Positions 46,201 through 61,000 of a DNA stretch of 64,000 bases are shown one piece after another. The notes under the pieces were generated by a model. It had not been told where the DNA came from. It was given only the letters and a program-made list of their open reading frames with translations, and made no database searches. Where the stretch lies: the NCBI GenBank assembly GCA_012295275.1, contig CM022665.1:25048001-25112000 (forward strand). The letters are read 5' to 3'. Source of the DNA: Chrysomallon squamiferum (Eukaryota > Animalia > Mollusca). Both the position numbers and the translations under genes were made by a program. Within the stretch, counting starts at the first letter, position 1; the number at the start of each line of letters is the position of its first letter.

Positions 46201-47032
46201 GCTTACATGACAGAAAACTGCGGTCTACAAAGACTCGGAATATCGCTAGACTGGCAGCCTGTTTCTATAGGAGTTCCGAAAAATTCTACTTTGAAAGCTG
46301 AATTAGGACAGGTGTAAGCTATTTAAACATCTAAAGTCAAATATTTGTACACTGTTTTGTGATATCATTCTGTGCTGTTTTTTCATTATTTTTTGTGTTT
46401 TTTTGGTTTCTGTTTATCTATTTATGTATAATATTATTTTTAAATAAAAATATATGGTATTTAAGAGAAGTGATGAATTGTATTAACCCTATTATTTAAT
46501 AATATATCTACTTTGCTCTGAAATATATCTCGCTTTTTCTGTCCCTGCTAAATACATACATATATACATTTATATTCTGCAATCACTATAAATAGTGGCA
46601 AGATATGATGACGATAAAATTCTATATTTTCGGGCTCTACCTAAAAATATAGTTTTTTGGGACAGAACAACATTTACTTTATAAATGATTTGTTATTTAA
46701 TATCACGAAATACTATTTTGAAACCATTGTTATTTAATAACTGTATTAGGTTTTGATATATAGTTTTTATAGGCGAAAACGAAACTAATACGTGTGCGTA
46801 TACTACTTTCGAAAGCAGTGAGTTTTAAAATAAAACAGTTAATTTTATTTTATTTTTTTTATTTATATTTTTATTTATTTATTTTTTTTATTATTATTAT
46901 CATTATTTAGGACTGCAGAATCAAAGAAATAAGTGTTTACTGAGACCTGCTCATATTGAATGTCGAATACGCCATTCTAATCTTTGCAGGATAAAGCAGG
47001 ATATCTTAATACAGCAACCAGTTAATCCCTAT

Positions 47033-47122
<90 letters not shown>

Positions 47123-47386
47123 ATTAAATTCAGCTAATATTAATATGGTTTTGATTTTAGCTTGAGAAGACTGGAAACATCTGGTATATACGACTACTGG
47201 TGGCAGCTGCACGAATCACATTTAAAAAGACCTGTGTGTCCATCCAGACAGCGGTCTGTCAGTTCCAGTATCACTCTCGATGACATCAAAAGTGGTTTTG
47301 TTCTTCTTGGTGCTGGAATATTTATGGCATTAGTGTCTCTGATTTTCGAAATTTTAAGAGACAGATATAAAATGTATATGATATGA
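40266..47386 (+). CDS. Divergent ionotropic glutamate receptor / IR-like gene 3 (IR-3); intact frame, 5' end unresolved
   Basis: Exons (+): 40266-40430, 41132-41325, 41846-42001, 42725-42877, 43325-43425, 43991-44078, 44569-44884, 45539-45756, 46048-46313, 47161-47386. All GT-AG and in frame. The four core exons of 101/88/316 nt plus 218 and 266 nt match the IR-1/IR-2 sizes apart from their indels. S1, M1, P-loop (SLFKQG), M3 (EYTANLTAAFTV), S2 and M4 are all present. Confidence 0.92.
47037..47121. repeat. (TC)n microsatellite upstream of the last IR-3 exon
   Basis: Direct reading. Confidence 0.98.
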
Positions 47387-49706
47387 CTGGATACAGTATG
47401 TTTCTTTCATGTGTGCATGTTGGTGTTTTTTTTCTTCCTGTTTGTATGTCTGTAAGCATGTACATATATACATATATATGCGTGTATGTATACAATGTAT
47501 GTGAGTGTATCTCTATAAACATAAATATACATGATTATATGTGCTGTATTTCGTGCTTTGCGATAATAAAGTATACAAACTTGATATAAAACGAAAGTGG
47601 TAAAGACAAATACTGACATTTGCGATGACCTGAAACAGAATTACAATCTAAACTGTATTCACTTTGCATCAAAATATATAGTCTGAACCATGCTCTTTGT
47701 TTGTCTTCCTGCACAGTATCGAAATATGCTAGCCTCTTCATTGTTCCCCAGTCCATTCGTCTTATGAAATGAGTATGAATTCCTTTTATAAACATTAGTG
47801 CAACATGCTTTGTATATTTCAAAAAAATATGCACATGCACACAGAATAACTGGATTAATTAACATTTTTCCACCTGACATATAGCTAGTAATCTATCTAA
47901 GTTGTAAATTTAGGTTAATTATCTAAATAATCGATATTTCTTTGACAGCTAGAAGTAATAATATACTTAATCTTCTATCTGATGAATAACAAAGAATAAA
48001 CACTTGATCGTTTCTTTACACACACATACACACACGCACGCACACAAATGTGCACAAATACACATTTATGCGCATGCATATTATTATTATTATTACGACG
48101 ACTTATTTATACCACCATATCGCATGAAGAGAGTGATAAACGAACAGAAAGAATGACAGGGGGAAAAAAGAGGGAGAAACAATAACAGATGACGAGACAG
48201 ACTGAAAAACTAAATAAATTTAACTTTAGAAGCCAAAAACTGAAATCTGTATTTATTTTATTTTATTTTTTATTTTCATTTATTTTTGTATTTATTTATT
48301 TATGTATTTATTTCCCTTCATACACTGTACTTTAATTCGATGTCTAATAAATCTTGAAATAATATTGCGGTTGCTTGTGATTCTCGGTTTATGCAGACAT
48401 TTAGGAAATAGTGGTTATATATATATAAATGACTATGTCAGTATTTTGTTAATGTATTGCAAAATGTAAACAGTTTACAAAGAATGAAATTTGTTTCCCC
48501 CATTTTTCTCTCTTAATTATTTAATTATCAAATAAACACATAAAGGTAAATAACAGACAAACAGAACAGTTGTTTGTGAACCTACAACTCCTAATTTAGT
48601 ATATAATATAGTCCGGACATTATTTTAAGTTACATGTGACTTACGGCATTAATTAATTAAAAACCTTAGACGTAATTACGGTCTTAGCTATGACTTGATG
48701 ATTAATCATGCGCCATAGACGCCCGAATAATAAATAAAACTAAACTGTGAAATGTAAAACCAGTGTATAGCATTAAACTGTTTTATTAAAAATGCATTTT
48801 CTTGTAAGGATATTCAATCGTTGACCATAATTTTTATATAACTATGGGGAAATAACTCTAGTTTGTCGACAAAAATAGAAACAGGACAGTTAGTGTTACT
48901 GTTATGCAAAGTTCGTTACGTAAACAGATTATTGCATGTCAGAAATAACGGGTATGCAACTGAAAGGAAATAATTAGCTAACAATAATTTATAATTTTTT
49001 TTTTAATTTTAATGTATAGTGGGCCGTCGTTATATCATGCATTTGAAAAGATGACAAACTTTTCACCAGACTTATACTTTGTAGTAAACAATCGGCACTA
49101 TATTTTTTGTTGTAAAGACTAAATAAGTAAATGGTCAGCAAATATTTGAAATTACTGAATATGGTTTGTCAAGTGTGTTCCTTAGAATGTAATTATGCGT
49201 CCGCGTAAAGCTATATCTAATATTTATATTTGTGTCTTATATTCACTGGTTTTACACGATGAGACACAAATGTATAGTGGCTTGCACAAACAGGAATATT
49301 AAGTACGAGTTCTTTCAGAATGTCATATTTCAAAACTGGTCATATTAACTTAAGTTTATTTTTGTTGTTATTGTTATAATTATTTAGATGTTGCATCTAT
49401 GTGAACATCAACAGGAATTTTAAATTATGAGTTTAACTATGTGATAGAACCAAATGGCTCATTATATGAAACAAGTTATTAAATTAAAAACATTTCTATT
49501 AAATATTTACCAAATATTTTCTTTATAATTAGGTAATATTATAATTTATTTTCCCCATCTTATTGCTAATTGCTAAAATATCTGAATAACTTAAGTTTTC
49601 GCTTTATGCACACTTTTTTTAAAATTAAGGTGTGACAACCATAAAGCATGAAAGATGTGATGTCGGATCAGAATACCACAACATTTGAAAGATAATTTTA
49701 TTCATA

Positions 49707-52014
49707 ATGGAAAAGAAAATAGTCAAAACTAATAATAAAGGAGGTAACAGTTAAAATAATTTTTATGTATTTTAAAAAAGTAAATAATATCACTGTCTTA
49801 AGAAAAAGCCTTATGTAACAATTCAGATTGTTTTAGAAAGCAAATTAAGCAGACTCCATTGAAAATGATATATTTGTCACAGAATGAGGTATACATTATT
49901 ATATGAAAGCACTAAGAATCAAATGATTCAAAATTATGACTTTAACTTAAAAAGTTATAAATAGATATCGAAGTCATAAGTGCAAGTATCACTATTTACA
50001 AATCCATGTTTTATGTTATTTACCTCTTCAGCAACCCATTGTAGTTATTATTATCCAAATTAAATTTTAATGAAGATATCATGTATCTGTAGCAAAATAT
50101 AATAATTGTATTTTATCATTTATTTTCATTTGATTACATCTTTAAAAAATATAGTAATAAAAATATTTCATTTTTTTTTTCAAAAAACAAATGTTATTAA
50201 TATATATATAGTAATCTGTACATGCAAAAGATAAATAATTATATTTACCATGTACTGATTATTTGTTACTGTTTTTCTCTGCAGAAAACAAGTGTAAAAC
50301 AAAATGCTTCGAGAGTTCCTCAGATTCTGATCTTGAGCCATCAACAGGTAAGAAAAAATTAATGTATAAGCTTGTTCATGAGCAAGTAGTCAATGCAAGA
50401 CTGGGAAACTTCCACTGAAATGCTAATCATGAAAGATTGAGTTGCAAAATGCCTCAAAATTAATGTTCAGCACATTGAATATTATTTGTAAATACACAGA
50501 ATGCGTTAAATACCGTGTGAATCTTTTCTAAATCTTTTTAAAAATAAGTATGTATGTATTTTTCTTAACTATACACTGCCAGGTTACTTATGAGCCACAG
50601 TGTTTATATGATCTATAAAATGTGGGATCACTGTCATGATGGATACAACTTTAGAAGATGAACAAAATGCATCATAAAGAAAAAACATTAAATGGCATAA
50701 AAAAAAAAGTAAGTGAACTGTACTTATTTTTCAAGCCACAGATGTAATTTTCTGAAATTCAGTTTTATTTTCTTCACAGATTCTGATACTGGAGGTCCAG
50801 AAAAAGCTAAACCTCGCACAAAGAGAGAAAGTTCAACATCATCAGGTTTTTTCTGTTACTTATATCTAGCTTACTGAAAAACTAGTACATTTATTGGAAG
50901 GTATTTCCATATTTGGTTGAAGTATCAGATTTAAAAAAAAATTTAACTGAGCTTAAATTCTCATGGACTTTTATAAACTATACATACTTGTATTTATAGT
51001 TTTATACAATGTAGACATATGAATATTTATGCTTTTCATATAAAAAAATTATTGATCTGCAGGAAATATTTTGAAGTTGTGTATTTTTGAAATGCCACAT
51101 GTCCTTATTGAGACAGATTCATGCAAAATGTTAAATTTTTTGGAGGGTTATATCATGAATTTTGTACAGCCTCTGATACAGACTAAAGTTATTTTTATAT
51201 TTTTATTTAGTTTTATAATATTTTGTAAGGCAAAAATAAAACTATACATTTTAAATATTATTTTTAAGCATCTACTATAGTTATCTACTTAATCATAAAG
51301 ATCTTTATCATAAATTTAATACAAATTTCCATTATAAAAAGAAATGTAACAGTTTTTATAAGGTTTTTTTCCAAAATTTAATTCTGAGAATCTAAGATTT
51401 ATTTTAGAGATTTCACTATCAAGGCTTAACGAGTATTTAAGAAGTAAGAATATATAAAATAATTTCTATCACAGATGAACCAAGCAGAAAAAGAAATCTT
51501 CCGAGTACTTCAGAATCATCTGCCAGTTCAGGATCAGAAAGAAGTATGTTCTTAATATATTGTAGTCACTTGAATATTTTTATAATTGGCATCTAGTATC
51601 AGTACTTTTTATTTTTTATTTTTTTACATTACCCGGTGGTACCTCTGTTTTGGATTATTATTGGTACTAGTAAATTTAAATTCCAGATCTTGATAACTGT
51701 ACTGATAAAGTGTAATAATGTGGGGTTTTCACAAGTGTTTGATGTTAAAAACGAAGTTTATCAAACTTCCGTCTCAGTGCTTTCCGACTGAGGGAAAGTG
51801 TTCATCGTTATCACTGGTTTATTGGTTAATATAATGACATGCTTGCATAGCCATTGGAGAACATATTTATTAATGTTATTTATTACTACTTTATTTTATC
51901 AAATAATTGACTTTTTTAATAGAAATACATCTTTGTCCCAAGAATTGTAACAAAAAACAAAAGATTTCTTTTATTGTTTTTTTTTTTACTTTAAAAAATG
52001 TTCTATTCAGGTCT

Positions 52015-52049
<35 letters not shown>

Positions 52050-53841
52050 ATTATTGCCAGATTTTATACATTTTTGCTTGATAATGTTTATTTAGATTCA
52101 CACAGAGGCAGAGAAAGAAAGCACAGACATCAAGCTGAAAGTTCTAGTTCGAGTTCATCTGGTATGTGTGTGTGCATGTGTCTATAGATATATATATATA
52201 TAAAATAGTAAAACGATTATTTACTTGTATTTAAATATGGCCAATATTTTAGTTAGTCCTGAACGTTATTAAATCATATGTTAATTTAAAACACTGAGAG
52301 GATATCTGCCTTTGACCTAAGAAAAACTAACCAGTTGTAAGAATGTATTTTAATGATTTTTTTTTCTGTTTCAGATGAAGAAAAAACTAAAAAGCATAAA
52401 AAAAAAAAAAAAAAAAAAAGCAAAAGCATAAGGTATAACAAAATTGTACAATATTAGTTACTGGTTGTGAATGCTTTTTAATGTCAGTTTCTTTGCTCTC
52501 TATAACCAACTTTAATGCTCAAACCTGTTTACAGTTCAGTTTTTGATTTGTACATAATAAAACTGAATACAGTAAGATTGGTATCGCTTCTTCCCATGTC
52601 ATATGTATATGTTTATCAATACAAACACAAACTTTGTCACATACAAATATACAAAACTTCAAGCTGTTATGAGTTCTGTTGACATTACAAATCATGACAC
52701 AAGAAATGACACGTAATTATGTTAATTATAGCAATATATTTAGTCCAGTGCTAAGGCAAACTTACTCTTTACAATGTTGATACACTACATTCCACCCCAC
52801 AAAAGCAATTATGTTTAACAGCAGATTTCCATAATGATTAAATTCTCTTAAATAACTTTAAACAGATGTTTATTAGTACAATAAATCTGCTTCAAAACTC
52901 TTTTTCTTTTTTTTAAATCTTAGTTTTTACTTAAAAACCAACATGAAACACATTTGTTTGAGGTTTTGTCCTAATGACTTCTTTTTTTGCTTTTTTTGGC
53001 ATGCACCTGGTCATCTGTTTTGCTTTCTGGTGTGACTGTACATTTTCCTAACTGATGGATTGGATAACAAACTGGATTTAAGAGTAAGAAGAAGAAGAAA
53101 GCCAAAGACAAAGGTCCTGTCCAGCTTTCAAAGGTGAGATTGTCAAGATAAGTGTTTGGTTAACTTTTTAATTTATTAGTATATTACTGTGCATTGTTCT
53201 TTTGCACTGTACACTAAATTTCAAATTCTTTTTTTCAGCCCTTATTGTTTTTAATCGTCTTTTGAATTCATATACATATACTGTCTTTTTACAGCCTGGA
53301 ACTGTAAACTGCTTTTAAGGAACTTTTCTTGTTTGTTTTTTTTTTGTTTTTTTTGTGTTTTTTTTTTTAATAAATAAGATAAATGGCTTAAGCTCTGTTA
53401 ATCACTTTTAAAGAGCCAATTCATTTTCTTCAATAATTTTTTATTTCTATATATTTTTGGCACTGACAGTTATGAATTCTGATAGAGAGATGACTTTTAA
53501 TTATTTTATTACTTTTGTTAGCAATCATTCCCCTACAAGCAATCAACATTATTACTTTTTAACATGATAAACTGTTTTTTATTTTTATAAATATTAATTT
53601 TGTAGTTCCTCAGACAGAGAAATAGTAAAGGTGGTGTGAGTGCAATATCTGGCAAAAAAATAAAGATGAAGATTAAGAAAACAAAACAAGACAAACAGGT
53701 TAGTAGAGTAATTGGCTGGCAAATTACCTTTAAATGTTACTTTTAACATATAAAGAAGGATTATATGCATAATACCATTTTTTTGGGGGGTGGTAAAAGT
53801 TCCAAAAACAGAAATCTGAATCATACTGCCTTTTGTGTGTA

Positions 53842-53885
<44 letters not shown>

Positions 53886-54372
53886 CTAATTTATTTTAGT
53901 TATTTATGCATATTTGCAAGACATGATGACTAGATATATTTTTTTATTTTCTGTCACAGACTAAAAACATAACTTTTTGAGACAGAACTATATTTACTTC
54001 AATAAATTACTAGTTATTAACTTATATATACTATTTAGAGTAACGTCTTTAGTGTTTAATTGCTGGTTTAAATCTTAAAAGACTATTTTCATTTTAAAAA
54101 ATAAATGTATATGTACTACTCTCAAGTGCAGTGAGTTGAATTAATAAAACAATTTAGATGTCAGCTTATCCAGCTCAGGTTGAATGTCAGGATAAAGCTG
54201 ATATCATAAGACAGTAACCAGTTATTCCCTATATATATATATATATATACAATTTAAATGACAGCATATAAATGTATTGTTTTTAATTTCACTTACTAAA
54301 ATATTTCTTATCTTTTTTCAGAGAGATAAAAATCGTGAAAAACTGCTGGACTTTTTGAATGCCACATTATAA
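49707..54372 (+). CDS. Small Ser-rich / Lys-rich uncharacterised protein (~184 aa) with a non-low-complexity C-terminus (GPVQLSKFL...SAISGKKIKMK...NREKLLDFLN)
   Basis: GT-AG exons: 49707-49743 (tentative start), 50285-50347, 50780-50845, 51475-51543, 52096-52161, 52375-52432, 53083-53133, 53606-53698, 54322-54372 (TAA). The internal phase-1 exons chain in frame (ESSSDSD, SRKRNLPST, HRGRERKHRH). Frame across the A22 run at 52398-52419 is ambiguous. AATAAA at ~54539 and ~54646. Confidence 0.75.
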
Positions 54373-55715
54373 ATGGAAAAGAAAGTTTAGAAGAGTATTC
54401 AATTTTTAGGTTCAATGAACCATTAGGAAATTTATAAAATGCATTTTAAAAAAAAATAACTTATTTTTTATTATATGTATTTATCATATTGAAAAATATT
54501 TGTACGATGGGTTTTTACTTGAAGCTAAAGTTTGAGGAAATAAAATTGTACATTTTTAGTTTTATAGATTATGTTTAAATGATTACAATGCCCAATACAA
54601 TTTTTTCTCTGATTTATTAAAATGATTGTTTTTAAAGGAAATGAAAATAAAACAGTTTCTTTGCATTTTTATTTATAATTTTTTTTTTTTTTTACTAATG
54701 TTTTGTAAATGAATCTTGCACACAGAAAATGTATTTTACAATTGTTTGGGAATCTACATATATGATTCCAAAAATATTTTCCTTTTATATACATTTTCAA
54801 AGGTATTCATAATTCAGTTGGGTCAGTTTTGAAAGAGATTATGTTTTGCTAACCATGACATCTTTCTGTCAATGTACTGTACAAAAATTCACTTAAAAAA
54901 AAATTAAAATATGAAAAGCCCTCAAAGACCTGGTGCAATATTAACAAAATGAAAACACAAGGCTGCCATAAAACCTTTTATTTAGGTTTACATTTATACA
55001 AGTACCTTTAGCTGCAAGTGAATTCACAGCCATATTCATAGATATAACTACATGGTAGTCATACCTCTAGTTAAACAGATTATAAGCAGTCATTTCCATT
55101 GTTAGAATGTCATGATTTCAAAACATGCTTCGAATATGTGATATGTCACAACTCTACTAGTAAACAGGGGGAAAATTTGCGTATCTGTCCAGTTCATTAT
55201 TTTTTCTTTATTATTATTATTTATTGGGTGCTCGTCTGATATTAACATATGTTTTACGATTATAATAGTAATAAAAAATATATATATATATACACATATA
55301 AATTCCTGATAATTCAAAGACAATTACATTAAGCTTCTCACAAAGATCCTTTTTTCTGTATAATAGATCATTGATAAATTTTTGACATACAGTTGTGAAG
55401 TAATATTTAAATTAAGAATTCCTGTTACTGTTATTTTCTTCAATTACTGATATAGACAGACAGATAGATACATTTATGTATTTGTATACGTATCTACACA
55501 TATGTGTGTGTGTGTACACACACAAACAGCACCATCATATTGTTTATCAGAGTTATCACCACTGTAAAATATTTATTAAAAAAAAAAAATCAATAAATCA
55601 ATCAATAAACATCCAGACTGATCAAAAATTAAAAGAAATCCCAATAATTTAACATATCTTTAAAGACAAGGGGTTGAATGAAATGTAACTTTAATGAATA
55701 AATTAACTTCTTGGA

Positions 55716-55934
55716 TTACATGGACTTTTTACTCTTCTTTGTAACTGCTTTGTCTTTGTCACTCTTTGCTATTTCTTTATCAATCTTTGCATGTTCTGTG
55801 GTTACAATTTTTCGTAATTCAGCCTGAAATAGAGAATTTAAATATTTAAACATCAGAGGAATAATTATCTTTGTTACAATTTACATAACAGCAGAACTGA
55901 AAGCAAATATTTTTTGAAAAGATTTGTTATTATT

Positions 55935-55971
<37 letters not shown>

Positions 55972-57947
55972 TCTCTTTTTTTGTAGGCATTCTGAAATAC
56001 TCATATATGAATATGCTTTCTGACAAACCAACACATTTCTGGAGCTGGTTTATCTTATGCATGAATAAAATATACTTACACCCCATCCCAGTAAATCAGC
56101 CAGAGCATAACATCCATCATCACAGGTAGCTTCATTAAACACGTCCCTGATATTAAAAAATAAAACATTAGTACTTATATCTGCACAGAACTTTTAAGTC
56201 CCCAAAAATGGTATAATACTGAAAATGGTAATAAATCTATTTCTAACATATCTAGCATTCCTTTGTGTGAGCTACCAAGATTTTTATATGTCTGAGGTTG
56301 ACTGAATCAACAGTTTTTGAAAAGTATTTCATCCTTGTAAATTATCATTTTCCACAAGTAAAAAAAACAAACAAAAAAACATAAAATCTGTTACATTAAT
56401 TATTCCACACATACCTATTGATAAATATATATATTACTAAATAAATATATATATATATATATATACCTGTAGTTGTCTTCACCATCAAAATCAAATCCAC
56501 CACCACCGAAGAATAAGGCTGCAAATGGATCTGCCTGTAAACATATAGTGTTTTAATTGATGCTGAATATGTATTTATCAATCCCATGAGGATTATTATC
56601 TGATTTCTTATCTCATATTAAAACAATGAAATAGATATGACCGTCAAAAAATATGTTGGTGTTTTTTTTTTGGTTTTAAAACCTATTAATATATGTATGT
56701 ATATTTGAAATAATCAAGATGACGTTAATGCATTTACATCTAAAACTTTGCTTCTGTTGTAAGCTATACTAACTTGTGTTATGGTTTCATTCAGAACAAA
56801 CCCAATAACCACCCAAAAACTTGGTATTTTCCAGTATTTATGGAGAAATTTTTCATTTTGGTAGTTTTAATTCCAATTTTGGAACTGGCGTCATTTTTTT
56901 TACATTTGTTTTTTAAAAGAGTTTTTCTTTCTGTATTTATTAAGTTTTTTAATGGACAATAAAATGAATCTGTGATAATGTACTCTCATTTCAAAATACT
57001 TACACCAGTCATTCCCTTTTCCAGGTTAATGTACAATCGTGGTGTAGTAATAGGTACTCTGAAAGTAAACATCCACAACATAAAAAGTTGCTCTGTCATG
57101 TCTAACATTCAAATTAACTTCTTAAAAAAAAAAATGTAATTATGACATTAATTCAAATAAAAGAATTCATATAATTATTATTTTATATTCATCACTTAAT
57201 GTCAGCAATTAATTATAACTTTTTAAAATATTAAATAATAATAACCTGGCTGTAAGAGATGCAAATGGCTGCACAACTAAAGATGTACCCATCACTATAA
57301 GCATATCACATTTATCCATGTCCTAAAATGAAAAATAAATCAATATATAAATATTAAAACACAGATGAAAGTAAAACTGTATTGTTCAGGTCAGTTTAGC
57401 TTTTATTGTTATAAAAATAATAAATATTAACATCATGTCTTATAGATTCCTTACTGAAATAACAATATAAAATGTATTTCATGTTGCTTATTTAATATAT
57501 TTTATTAACAAATGTAATACATCAATTATTTTTTTGCTAACTAAGGTTGTTTTGTTTATATAACACACATACAGATAAATAAATTCTTTACCGACTCAAC
57601 ACATTCAGCAAATCTACGAGGAAGTGTTTCTCCAAAGAAAACGATATCTGAAATGTTAAAACATTAAATCTGTACTGGAGTATTTAACAAAAGGTATCTA
57701 AATTTAAATATTAAAAAATATATAAAATATATAAATAAATTTTTGTGTAAACAAAAAACACATAAATAAAAAATAGTTATAAAAAATTAAAGAAAGAATG
57801 AAAAAAAATAATAATACAGTAAGTATTTGTACCTGGTTTCACAATACCATCACAGTCTGGCTTGTCACATTTTGGTACTGTATCTTTGAATATTTTTTCT
57901 GCAATTTATTTTAAAAAAAAATTAAACATATTTTAGTACAAACTTTA

Positions 57948-58034
<87 letters not shown>

Positions 58035-61000
58035 GGTCTTCAGGATAGATAAAAGAACAAGTGCAAAAGACAACTAAAACATATTTTTAAATTAGTTAAA
58101 ATAAAAGTGCAATGATTGTTCTTGCATCACAGTAACTATTACGAGTTATCTCCCTTAGTTTGACAAATTGCTAGATACACACTACTGAGTAATACAAGTG
58201 AAGGAATTAAATCACTAACACAATTTATGTAAAAGAATTTCATAAAGGCTTTAACATCACAATTCTTGAAAAATGTATATGATTTTTACCATTCACATGT
58301 GTAACATTGTGCACCATATGTAACACTGATTTAAAAAAATATATATATATTTATACCTTTAATCCATTCTTGTGTGAACTCTTTTTCACAGTTCAAACAA
58401 TGTGATGTGTGAAAGGTCCCATGAGCTTCTACAATTTTGTCTTCAGCAAGGCCAGTAACTCTTTCCAAAGTGTCAATATTCTGTCAGTTGTTACAGAAAC
58501 AATGAAAGTAATAATTCACAAAAGCAATGATTTTTTTACATAATCATATTATTATTATTTATTTATTTATTTATATCTGGGGTTGTTTTTCTTTGTGTTT
58601 TATTTTTTATTTTTATTGTTGTGTTTCGTTTTGGGGTTGTTGTTTTTTATTATTATTATTTCTTTTTATTTTATTTAGTTTTTTGTTTTATATATATATA
58701 TATATATATATTTATTTTTCTTAATTTAAAAAAAAAAATTTTGGCATTTATGGAAACAGTATCTGTAATTTACATTATCAGTTGTCTTAGTATAACATAA
58801 AAGAAATCAAAATGCCATTTTTATATGAATAATCCTGCTAAAGAACCTGAATAAAATGATTTCTAAACAAAGTGAATACCTGTGTGTAATGTCTGAGCAG
58901 TTTGCCTTTGTTATGAAGCAGCTTAATGAAATAATGGGCTGGTGTAGGCTGAAATAAAATTAAGAAATAAACCAAGAATAAAAACCCTGGAAAGACAGCA
59001 TTGGTGTATGGATACAAGATGCATTTATCATTCAGGTAGCTCTGTCAACTGTTTTGCAACATTTTCACCATTAGAAACAGTGACTCACAGACCACTTTAT
59101 CATTTAATGTAACACTGACATCATTCACACGTTTTTAATAACACAGTTACAAGATAGTTTAAAAAAAGAAAAAAAAAGAAGAAAGATACACAATGAAAAT
59201 ATTCATATATATATACATGTATATATGTAACATAATAACATACAAACAAAATAAAAACAGTGTTTTTTAAATAAATACAGCAAAAGACTATAAAATGGAA
59301 ATAAATTTGATTTTCAATGAATCACTGAAATAATATATTAAAACTAAAAAAATAAAATCTAATGTACCTTGAACTGTCCTGGGAAAAGTTCCTTGGCAAG
59401 CATGAAGAATGGTTCAGGATTCTCCTGAAATAATTAATTAGTTATTGGGTTGTCAATAAAATTTGTTCAGTTTTCCAGTGTTATTTGAATTAACACGAAA
59501 AATATTTCTATTGCAGAGTTTTAAAACAACATTCAATATTAATATGCAGTGTCTGAATTTTATTTTTATTTTTATATGACATATGTTTTCATGCTTATCT
59601 GTTTATTCTAGATTTTGGAATTAGGGGTAAAACAAACCTTAAAGTAGTCTATTGTGAAAATAGCTTGAGGATCAGGAAGATTGTATTTCTGAAGATTGTG
59701 ATATATTCCACTCTCTGGACTGCGGAAATCAGGAATCCCAGCAGCTACAAAGGATAAAATTTAATTTATTTAAAAAAAAATAATATATATATATAAAGAT
59801 GTATCCAAATAATCAAATTAAAAATACAACTAATTATCCAGCAGACCCAAAATAAATAAATATGCTTATAAATAATTAAATTATATATCCAACAAATAAA
59901 TAACCTTTTGATTTAAAAACAATAATATAAAATAGAATATATCTGCATAACCATAGTAATTTTTAGTTAAAAATACATTTATTCACATCAGTATAAGACA
60001 ACAATTTCAAAATGTTACAAAGATAACATAGGTTAATCCAAAGGAGTGTTACTTTGAAAATTTATTTAAAATTGCTATTATTTAAGGATTTACTTGTAAT
60101 TCAAAAATATTTTCAAAGTGTAAAGTCAAGTAACAAATGCAACAAGTATAAAACAGATTTTAAAATTTTTCTATTTCCCATTACAAAAAGCACAAGATAT
60201 TTATGGTTATTAGAGTTTTGTCCTTTTTTTTTTTTTTTTCTGTTGACTTCGTAAATTAAACATTTTCAAATCCTGTTTTACAGTTATTATTTTATTACAT
60301 GCATTATAATAAATACATCAGTTATTCAAATATTTTTAAAATGTAGATAAAACCCCATTCTAACCATACACTTTTTTACACAGTGTAAACATGAACTATA
60401 AAGTCTTAAACAAAGTTTAATCAGTGTAAACGATTTTTAATTTAAAAAAAACACAGCTATGTTTGTTAATCTGTGCTGAATGGATTTGCTGACACACTTA
60501 ACAATCTTACTTATACAAAAAAGATAAAAACCAGTGTTCTGCTTACTAATGTAAACCCAATAACTGTTCATCAAAAAATATGAAAATTTACTAATCAGAA
60601 TAATTTACAAGGAAATATTGTCTTAAACAAAATTTAAAAAATTAGTTGAATAAAATGTATGTTAGGATGAACTTTTAAATTTTTCTGTTTTCCTATCAGT
60701 ATTCAAACTTTTCAGCAACATGTTTTTGTTACTAAACATAATACAAATTATGTCAAATATGATTCCTTAATTGCAACATTTATATAAACCATTTTTTTTT
60801 TCCTTTTAATTAAGATGTTTTTGTTACCAAACATAACACAAATTGTTAAATATGATTTCTTAATAGTGACATTTATATAAACTATTTATTTTCTTTTAAT
60901 AAAAATTAAAATTAAAATTAAAAAAAAGCATTTAATAATTTAACAAGATACAAATAATATTCCAGTATGAAACCATAAGTATAATTCTTTGCTTTAAACA

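Noticed and set aside
55716-55730. Peroxisomal PTS1 at the SIRT2 C-terminus
   Set aside because: The terminal tripeptide KSM does not fit [SAC][KRH][LM].
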